Part shown: positions 1-6,620 of the stretch, in pieces
Layout of the letters: each line of letters opens with the position of its first letter
How positions within the stretch are numbered: the first letter of the stretch is position 1
Assembly (NCBI GenBank): GCA_049424145.1
Contig: JBMSSC010000024.1
Coordinates: 1 to 27,405, forward strand
DNA from: Bdellovibrionia bacterium
GTDB taxonomy: Bacteria; Bdellovibrionota; UBA1018
Reading direction: 5' to 3'
Length of the DNA stretch: 27,405 nucleotides
The notes under the pieces: generated by a model
Database searches by the model: none
Told to the model about the DNA's origin: nothing
What the model saw: the letters and a program-made list of their open reading frames with translations, nothing else
Made by a program: the position numbers and the translations under genes

Positions 1-280
1 ATTTTTTTAACCCCAGCCCTAAAACACCGGTTACCCCAGTGGCCAAAACTGCCATCTTTAAAAACCCGGCCGTTAAGCTCCTCCAGCGGGGCCAGAAGCG
101 GACCAAAACTGCACCCATTGTCCCGGTGTGAAGCATGACGAGAAAAAACGTCATCTCAGGAGTCGAGGGATCAATCCCCATGAGCTTTTCAGCCAAAATG
201 ACATGGGCAGAACTGGAGACTGGCAGGAGCTCAGCTGCTCCCTGAATCATTGCCAAAACCATCAATTGCCAGAGACTCAT
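1..280 (-). CDS. uppP: Undecaprenyl-diphosphate phosphatase (BacA/UppP), N-terminal part; runs off the left edge and is missing from the ORF track
   Basis: Manual translation from ATG at 280 (GGGGAGG RBS just upstream) gives MSLWQLMVLAMIQGAAELLPVSSSAHVILAEKLMG...FFLVMLHTGTMGAV...LATGVTGVLGLGLKK. This contains the BacA motifs QGxxExLPVSSxxH and LHxGT. Confidence 0.93.
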   Translation of the reverse strand, partial: MSLWQLMVLAMIQGAAELLPVSSSAHVILAEKLMGIDPSTPEMTFFLVMLHTGTMGAVLVRFWPRWRSLTAGFLKMAVLATGVTGVLGLGLKK

Positions 281-389
281 CGATCCTCCCCTTTTTGAGC
301 AAAAAACCTGAGTACAGCCCCTTAAAAGGTTCTGCAAACAAACCAACTTTTTTATGCCAGAACCCACCGAATACTTTTTATAGTCCCGA

Positions 390-1811
390 TCATGGAGTCA
401 CTGGAGCAAGACTCGCGCTCCGACTTGCGCTTTTTAAACTCAACTCCTCGAGAACTCGGGTCACCTCTTGATGGAACTCTTCAGCAGAAACCCTACTTTC
501 CGGGGAAACTTCTAAGGCCTTTTTCAAAAGGTCCCTCAGAATAAACTGGCTTCCAGGCTTTTGCCAATCGGAAACATAGCGCTGGGTGACTTCTTGCATG
601 CATCCTTTAATTTCAACTAAATCTTTCAAATCTGAACAGTAATGGACTTCTACATTAAATCCAGGGTCAAATAAAACGCCAGCAACCACGCCCAGAGAAT
701 AAATGTCAGACTTAAAAGCGTTTGAAACCTTTGCCTCTAAATCCGCCCCAATCCAATTAAAGCCTACTTCAGGAGCCATCGTGTAAAGAGATCCAACCAA
801 GGGGCGATGATATCCTAATTGAATGGACTGTCTGGGATGATCCGAGCAGCCAAAGTCCGTTAAAACAGCGCAGTACTTCCCGGGCTCATCCAGCTTCAGA
901 TCTTTTCTGACTTTCACGAGAACGTTCTCAAGCTTAATGTCATTGTGAGCAATCCCCTGCTTGTGAAAGACCATCAAGACGGACGCCAGCTGTTGAAGAA
1001 TCTCTAACTTTTGAATCTCGGTTCCTTGATTTTTGGCATAGAAATCCATCAGGTCGCCATCATAGTACTTTTGAAAGACCACATTTGAGGTATGACCCAG
1101 TAAGTCGACCACTCCCTCATTTTTCTTCAGATCTGAAAAAGAGGACACTTTCTTCATCAGACTCACTTCATGTTCAAAGACCAAGGAGCTCACATCTCCA
1201 GGCTTATAGCGAAGCTCAGCTACCAATTCCCACGTCTTGTAATCAATCCCAACAGAATAGGCTTTACTAGCGCCTTCACGAAGCGGAGGAAAACCCAAAT
1301 CCAGAAACAGCCTCGGCTCAGGATCCTGACTCACGAAAATCCCCACATCTCTCGAGCGACCGTCTTCAAGACCAAACTGATAGGTGAAGAACTCCTGGGC
1401 TGAACTTTTTAAAACATCCTTGTACTTTTCCATGAAGTTGAAGAAGTTGCAAATCTCCTGAGCAGACACGGGAGCTTTGAACCAAGAGTCCATATAATAC
1501 GCGGAAGACTTGATTCTTTTTACAAGATTAACACTAATCTGATCAGAATGCTTACGGACACCTTCTCCAGACGGAGAAGCGAGAACACAGCTTAAAACAT
1601 CGAGATATTTTCGATACTTTTGTTGCGCTTCAAGCGTAAAGTGAGGAAGCTTCAGATTCTCTTCAATCCTGTTGACTTCGGACTGAATCTCAATCTTCTG
1701 CCCCGCATAACTAATTGCAGACCCACCGAGACTGACAACGGCAACAAAACTAAGCCAAAACAAACCGATTAAGACAGCCGGATTCCTCAACTGAGAGCCT
1801 CTTTTGAGCAC
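390..1811 (-). CDS. Hanks-type Ser/Thr protein kinase (non-RD, WNK-like N-lobe) with N-terminal signal peptide or TM segment
   Basis: Motifs: HNDIKLENVL catalytic loop, TDFG, GSLYTMAPE, SDIYSLG, C-terminal R (PESR). The ORF is open to 1955, but GTG at 1811 follows GGGGA at 8 nt spacing and gives a basic N-region plus a hydrophobic stretch, so it is the likelier start. Confidence 0.88.
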   Translation of the reverse strand: MLKRGSQLRNPAVLIGLFWLSFVAVVSLGGSAISYAGQKIEIQSEVNRIEENLKLPHFTLEAQQKYRKYLDVLSCVLASPSGEGVRKHSDQISVNLVKRIKSSAYYMDSWFKAPVSAQEICNFFNFMEKYKDVLKSSAQEFFTYQFGLEDGRSRDVGIFVSQDPEPRLFLDLGFPPLREGASKAYSVGIDYKTWELVAELRYKPGDVSSLVFEHEVSLMKKVSSFSDLKKNEGVVDLLGHTSNVVFQKYYDGDLMDFYAKNQGTEIQKLEILQQLASVLMVFHKQGIAHNDIKLENVLVKVRKDLKLDEPGKYCAVLTDFGCSDHPRQSIQLGYHRPLVGSLYTMAPEVGFNWIGADLEAKVSNAFKSDIYSLGVVAGVLFDPGFNVEVHYCSDLKDLVEIKGCMQEVTQRYVSDWQKPGSQFILRDLLKKALEVSPESRVSAEEFHQEVTRVLEELSLKSASRSASLAPVTP

Positions 1812-2145
1812 TTTAAAGTCCCCGATCCGAGCTAAAAACTCATCTCGCTGTTTGATCCCAATTTGGCAAATGAAAATAGGGATTAATTTTTTATTTTTAT
1901 TGTTGGGTGGTCCACACATGAACCGTGTGTAACTTCCCATTTTCTTATGCGTCAAGAAAAAAGTAAGTTTTTCTAAAAAAAGCCTTCTTCCCCCTTTTTT
2001 TTATCAATTTAAACGATTCAATCCGAATTTTAGGCGGCCTCTGTTTTTTTTTCCACACCGAACTGAATTCATCCTCTCTCGTTCGAATCAAAGAGGCCAC
2101 TCGATGCCTTTTCTTTCTTAGACAAAAAACTCAGGCAAAAAACTT

Positions 2146-2174
2146 TTGTTTCACGCAAAAATTCGGTATATCGT
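2146..2174 (+). promoter_or_regulatory. Candidate sigma70-type promoter for the acnA leader
   Basis: TTGTTT (2146-2151), 17 nt spacer, TATCGT (2169-2174), preceded by an A-rich tract. Predicted start near 2181. Confidence 0.3.
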
Positions 2175-2179
2175 TTCCC

Positions 2180-2550
2180 CAAGTGATCGTAATTTCTTCC
2201 CTCTGGGTTCAACTCGAGTCGGATCCCTTGAAGATCAAGGAGTCTCCGACCAGGAGAAACCGAAGAAGGAAAACCAAGGACGGAAAACCGGGGGAAGAAA
2301 ACGAAAAATCAGGATGTGGATTCAGGGTGCAGGCCTAAATCCTAAAAACATCCAGGCTGATCAACAGAACGCACAAGAAATGAACCCGAGATTCAAAAGT
2401 CTCCCTTCTTGAGTTTTGATCCTGATGAAGACCCAAGAAGCGAAAACGGGGAAGTATCCCTTTGACTCGGATGACTCTTAATTTTTTTCTAAGCCCCAAG
2501 AGGCATGAACCGCCACTTGAGAATCCCGATCGGATTTGGCTTAATCCAGC
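2180..2550 (+). ncRNA. Candidate structured RNA or long 5' leader upstream of acnA (GGA-rich, family not recognised)
   Basis: Several nested stems (2193-2201/2292-2300; hairpin 2218-2250; hairpin 2308-2361), 9 GGA motifs in 2221-2320, and no convincing ORF. Confidence 0.35.
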
Positions 2551-2559
2551 GAGGTCAAC

Positions 2560-5241
2560 ATGAAGAAGCAGGCTCTGAACACATTTGCAACCCAACGCTC
2601 CTTAAATTTTCAAGGAAGGAAACTCCAGTTTCACTCCCTGCCTGCTTTTGCAGCCTCCTCTGGGAAAGACATTTCAAAACTCCCTTTTTCGCTCCGCATT
2701 TTACTTGAAAACTTACTCCGCCACGAAGACGGCTTTGCCGTAAAGAAGAAAGACATCGAAGCATTGGCCAACTGGAATCCGAAAGCCACTCCAAACGATG
2801 AGATTCAGTTCATGCCCGCTCGCGTTTTACTGCAGGACTTCACAGGTGTGCCTGCCGTCGCAGACCTGGCAGCCATGCGCGGGGCTCTAAAAAAACTTGG
2901 CGGAAACCCAAATCGAATCAACCCGCTTCAGCCTGCCGATCTGGTGATTGATCACTCCGTTCAAGTCGACCACTTTGGTACGCCTCAGGCTTTTGAACAA
3001 AATGCTCACCTTGAGTTCGAACGCAACTCCGAGCGGTATCAGTTTTTAAAGTGGGGCCAAACGGCTTTTCGAAACTTCAAAGTAGTCCCCCCCGATACAG
3101 GGATCGTTCATCAGGTGAACCTCGAATTCTTAGCCCCCGTGGCGATGACGGGCGAAACAGAGGCGCAAGAGTGGATTTATCCCGACACGGTGATTGGAAC
3201 AGACTCTCACACCACGATGATCAATGGCTTAGGCGTTTTAGGATGGGGAGTGGGAGGCATTGAAGCCGAGGCCGCTCTGCTTGGGCAACCCTGCTCGATG
3301 CTCATTCCTCAAGTCGTGGGCTTTCGACTGAAGGGGAAACTCCCTGCAGGAACCACGGCCACCGACTTAGTTTTAAGTGTCACTCAGATGCTGAGAAAAA
3401 AAGGAGTGGTTGGAAAATTTGTTGAGTTCTTTGGCCCGGGTCTATCCAGCTTGACTCTGGCTGATCGTGCCACCATTGCCAACATGGCGCCTGAATACGG
3501 AGCCACCTTAGGCATCTTCCCTGTCGATGAAATCACCACTCAGTACTTAAGACTGACGGGACGAACAGACCAGGCCGAGAGAGTGGAGCAGTACTTCAAA
3601 GAGCAAGGCCTTTGGTACACTGCGGGCCAAGCCGAATCGTCCTACTCCGATACCTTAGAACTGGATTTGAGCACAGTTGAACCGTCCTTAGCGGGCCCCG
3701 CCCGGCCTCAGGACCGAGTGGCTTTAGGTGCAGCCCCTGCTTCTTTTCAGAATTTTCTGACCTCTTTATTCGCCAAAAATCCAAAGAACTTGGAACAGAA
3801 GGTTGAAGTTCCAGCCCAAAGCGGGAAGTACACGTTAACCCACGGATCAGTCGTGATTGCAGCCATCACGAGTTGCACGAACACATCCAACCCCAGCGTC
3901 TTGATGGCCGCAGGCTTACTGGCAAAAAATGCCGTCGCTCGGGGCCTAAAAGTCAAGCCATGGGTGAAGCCTAGCTTAGCCCCTGGCTCCAAAGTCGTCA
4001 CCGATTACTTAGTGGAATCTGGGCTGATGCCTCATCTGGAGGCCCTGAAGTTCCATTTAGTGGGCTACGGATGCACCACCTGTATTGGCAACAGCGGACC
4101 ACTCCCCGAGGAAGTCACCCAAGCGGTCACTCAAGGCGACTTAGCCGTTGTTTCCGTCCTCTCAGGAAACCGAAACTTCGAGGGACGAGTCAATCCCCAC
4201 GTCAGAGCCAATTACCTCGCATCCCCTCCCCTGGTGGTCGCGTATGCTCTAGCAGGCTCCATTCACATCAACTTACAAACCGAACCCCTGGGCAACGATC
4301 CAGCGGGCAAGCCCGTTTACTTAAAAGACATTTGGCCTACGACCGAGCAGGTCGCTCAGGCAGTGGCTCAACATGTCACGGCGGCTCAATTCAAAAAAAG
4401 CTACTCCGATGTCTTCTCGGGCTCCAAGGAATGGCAATCCCTTCAAATTCCTCAAGGGGATTTGTACCAATGGAATCACTCCTCCACTTACATTCAGGAG
4501 CCTCCGTTCTTCCACGGCATCCAAGCCCAACCGGAGTCGGTGACCGATATTCGAGGTGCACGAGTCCTTGCTCTCTTAGGAGACTCAGTCACCACGGACC
4601 ACATCTCTCCTGCAGGCTCCTTTGATGAGAAGAGCCCAGCTGGTCAATATTTGATGAAGCTCGGAGTAAGCCCCGAGGACTTCAACTCCTATGGCGCTCG
4701 CCGAGGGAACCATGAAGTCATGGTCAGAGGGACTTTTGCCAATATCCGACTCAAGAACCTCATTCTCCCTGGCGTTGAAGGAGGCTTCACCGAGCACTTC
4801 CCTTCTCAGCAGAAATTATCCATTTTTGACGCCTCCGTGAAGTATCAGGCGGAGCAGACTCCACTGATCATCATTGCAGGGAAAGAATACGGCACCGGAT
4901 CCTCACGCGATTGGGCAGCCAAAGGACCCAAGCTTTTAGGGATTCGAGCCGTGATTGCCGAATCCTTTGAGCGCATTCATCGCTCCAACCTCGTGGGCAT
5001 GGGGATTCTCCCGCTGCAGTTTCTCCCGGGCGAAAACGCTCAAAGCCTGGGATTTAATGGATCTGAAACGTTCGACATCTCAGGTCTGATGAACCTATCG
5101 GCCGGGCAAAAGGTGCGAGTGTCCTACAACGGCGGGCGAACCTTCGAAGTTTTGGTCCGAATTGACACACCCAATGAAATCGAATACTTTCGACACGGAG
5201 GAATCTTGCCTTACGTCTTGAGGCAACAGCTGAAGCAATAA
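2560..5241 (+). CDS. acnA: Aconitate hydratase AcnA (IRP1-like family)
   Basis: 893 aa. Motifs: RVLLQDFTGVPA, DHSVQVD, GTDSHTTM, AAITSCTNTSNP, GYGCTTCIGNSG (Fe-S Cys ligands), TTDHISPAG, GTGSSRDWAAKG. GAGG RBS. Confidence 0.98.
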   Translation: MKKQALNTFATQRSLNFQGRKLQFHSLPAFAASSGKDISKLPFSLRILLENLLRHEDGFAVKKKDIEALANWNPKATPNDEIQFMPARVLLQDFTGVPAVADLAAMRGALKKLGGNPNRINPLQPADLVIDHSVQVDHFGTPQAFEQNAHLEFERNSERYQFLKWGQTAFRNFKVVPPDTGIVHQVNLEFLAPVAMTGETEAQEWIYPDTVIGTDSHTTMINGLGVLGWGVGGIEAEAALLGQPCSMLIPQVVGFRLKGKLPAGTTATDLVLSVTQMLRKKGVVGKFVEFFGPGLSSLTLADRATIANMAPEYGATLGIFPVDEITTQYLRLTGRTDQAERVEQYFKEQGLWYTAGQAESSYSDTLELDLSTVEPSLAGPARPQDRVALGAAPASFQNFLTSLFAKNPKNLEQKVEVPAQSGKYTLTHGSVVIAAITSCTNTSNPSVLMAAGLLAKNAVARGLKVKPWVKPSLAPGSKVVTDYLVESGLMPHLEALKFHLVGYGCTTCIGNSGPLPEEVTQAVTQGDLAVVSVLSGNRNFEGRVNPHVRANYLASPPLVVAYALAGSIHINLQTEPLGNDPAGKPVYLKDIWPTTEQVAQAVAQHVTAAQFKKSYSDVFSGSKEWQSLQIPQGDLYQWNHSSTYIQEPPFFHGIQAQPESVTDIRGARVLALLGDSVTTDHISPAGSFDEKSPAGQYLMKLGVSPEDFNSYGARRGNHEVMVRGTFANIRLKNLILPGVEGGFTEHFPSQQKLSIFDASVKYQAEQTPLIIIAGKEYGTGSSRDWAAKGPKLLGIRAVIAESFERIHRSNLVGMGILPLQFLPGENAQSLGFNGSETFDISGLMNLSAGQKVRVSYNGGRTFEVLVRIDTPNEIEYFRHGGILPYVLRQQLKQ

Positions 5242-5290
5242 GGACTTCGCCTCGGCCATCAAGTCGTTCAGGATCCTAAAGGTGGTGAAC

Positions 5291-5557
5291 ATGAATCGAT
5301 TTCAAAAGCTGGAGTTGCTTCAACGGTCATTGGCTTTGAAACATAAACTCAAGGTCTTTGAGAGTCAGATCCTCCCCGACAATCATGAGGATCTCTCGAT
5401 TGTTTTAATCACCAAGTGGGAGCTTGAAGATGAGCTCAAGGCCATTGAAGAGATCTTAGCCGAGAGCCGTCGCACCACTGTGGCGGCTAAACGAATGGCC
5501 ATTGAAAAAGCCTCTCGACATTTTGAACGAGAAAGCAAAAAAGAACTCACTCAATGA
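5291..5557 (+). CDS. Small hypothetical alpha-helical/coiled-coil protein, probably co-transcribed with acnA
   Basis: 88 aa from ATG 5291 (AAGGTGG RBS-like upstream; ORF track starts at GTG 5282). Leu/Glu/Lys heptad-like pattern. Fills the gap after acnA. Confidence 0.7.
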   Translation: MNRFQKLELLQRSLALKHKLKVFESQILPDNHEDLSIVLITKWELEDELKAIEEILAESRRTTVAAKRMAIEKASRHFERESKKELTQ

Positions 5558-5593
5558 GGTGCAGTAGCCTGCTTTGAGCTCTCCAAACGATCA

Positions 5594-5628
5594 GGAGCGT
5601 CGTGCCTTGTTCTTCAGCGCAACGCTCC
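5594..5628. terminator. Hairpin between convergent genes, possible terminator
   Basis: GGAGCGT-C-GTGC...GCGC-A-ACGCTCC stem. No clean U-tract downstream on either strand. Confidence 0.35.
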
Positions 5629-5664
5629 AAAACCCGAGCCGAGAGCCGAACTCTCCGCCTCTCT

Positions 5665-6126
5665 CTAGTTGTTGCGTCCCTTTAAAAGCGCATCAATTTC
5701 CGAGGAGCTCACAAAGGGTCGCGCACCCCCGAGGCTCTTGAGCGTCACTTGGAGGCGATTCACGAGAATGTTCTGCTCTTCTGTGGTGGGCTCTTGGTGA
5801 TGATTCAGCAGGTAACGAATGGTGGTTTGAGCATCCCAAAGGCTGCCCACGCACTTTCTTAACACCGAGCGAACTTCTGCTTTGGCTGCCTTCACGGAGA
5901 TTTCTTCGCCCAACTCTGCAATCTTTGCAATTTCAAGCAATCCAAGCTGGAGGGCAGTTCCTCGGATCGTCAGCATTCTTTCCGTAAAGACTGCGAAGAG
6001 ATTTTTTTTCACTAACAGATCGGACTCAATTTCGTGCAAGGTCTTTTCTGCCGTATCAGAAAAGCCCATCATTTCTTCCAAGAACCCTTGAATCTTATCG
6101 TCCCGCCCCTGATCTTTTCCGCTCAT
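5665..6126 (-). CDS. Hpt/CheA-P1-like four-helix protein lacking the phosphoacceptor histidine
   Basis: FLEE...LHEIESDLL...FTERMLTIRGTALQLGLLEIAKIAELGEE matches the Hpt pattern F.EE...LE..LL...FR.xHTIKGxA..LG....LAH..E, with Leu at the His position. Start overlaps the receiver gene stop (ATGA). Confidence 0.7.
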   Translation of the reverse strand: MSGKDQGRDDKIQGFLEEMMGFSDTAEKTLHEIESDLLVKKNLFAVFTERMLTIRGTALQLGLLEIAKIAELGEEISVKAAKAEVRSVLRKCVGSLWDAQTTIRYLLNHHQEPTTEEQNILVNRLQVTLKSLGGARPFVSSSEIDALLKGRNN

Positions 6127-6518
6127 GAGATCACCTTTTTTCGAGTCAACAAACTGATTAGTTTTTCTTGAAGTTGCTGCAAGCTCACGGGCTTCACTAG
6201 GTAGTCATCCACTCGATATTCAGCCGCTTGAAGCACAGCCTCTCGGGTTCGCTGTGCCGTCACCATCACAAAAGGAACCTCTTTCATTCTGCTCTCGGTG
6301 CGAACCCATTTCAACAGATCCAATCCCGTCATGGGGTACATGAACCAATCCGAAAGGATCAAATCACAACGTCTTGAGGCGAGATGAATTTTAGCTGCCA
6401 CTCCATTTTCTGTTTGTGAGATTTTCTTGAAGCCCGCTTTTTCAAGGATCTCTTGAATATGTACTCGAAAAGACATCACATCATCCACGATGAGAACTTC
6501 GCAGTCTTCCAAATCCAT
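6123..6518 (-). CDS. Single-domain CheY-like response regulator receiver
   Basis: VLIVDD, LILSDWFMYPMTGLDLL (phosphoacceptor Asp), MVTA, DDYLVKP. All catalytic residues are present. Confidence 0.92.
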   Translation of the reverse strand: MDLEDCEVLIVDDVMSFRVHIQEILEKAGFKKISQTENGVAAKIHLASRRCDLILSDWFMYPMTGLDLLKWVRTESRMKEVPFVMVTAQRTREAVLQAAEYRVDDYLVKPVSLQQLQEKLISLLTRKKVIS

Positions 6519-6620
6519 TTCTCACGCCCCTTTATTCTTTAATTTTAAATCGTAAAAATAAATGAAGTCAAAGCCTAAAATTGAGATTGAACTCAAGAAA
6601 ACCCTTGAAGTCTTAAATAT

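Noticed and set aside
1812..1955. 48-codon N-terminal extension of the kinase ORF
   Set aside because: AT-rich and promoter-like, with no RBS. GTG 1811 gives a better start.
2120..2145. AAACTCAGGCAAAA resembling the 3' end of a glycine riboswitch
   Set aside because: The upstream GGAGA and CCGAAG elements are missing, and the downstream gene is unrelated to glycine metabolism.
2146..2412. 88-aa plus-strand ORF in the kinase-acnA gap
   Set aside because: TTG start without an RBS that coincides with a putative -35 box, and no recognisable motif. The charged composition follows from purine richness. Not fully excluded.
2422..2446. CTGATGA...GAAA resembling a hammerhead ribozyme core
   Set aside because: The intervening sequence cannot form stem II, and I found no flanking stems I/III with a cleavage triplet.
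4071..4625. 184-aa alternative-frame ORF inside acnA, and similar nested ORFs elsewhere
   Set aside because: Entirely within well-conserved genes, with no protein-like features.
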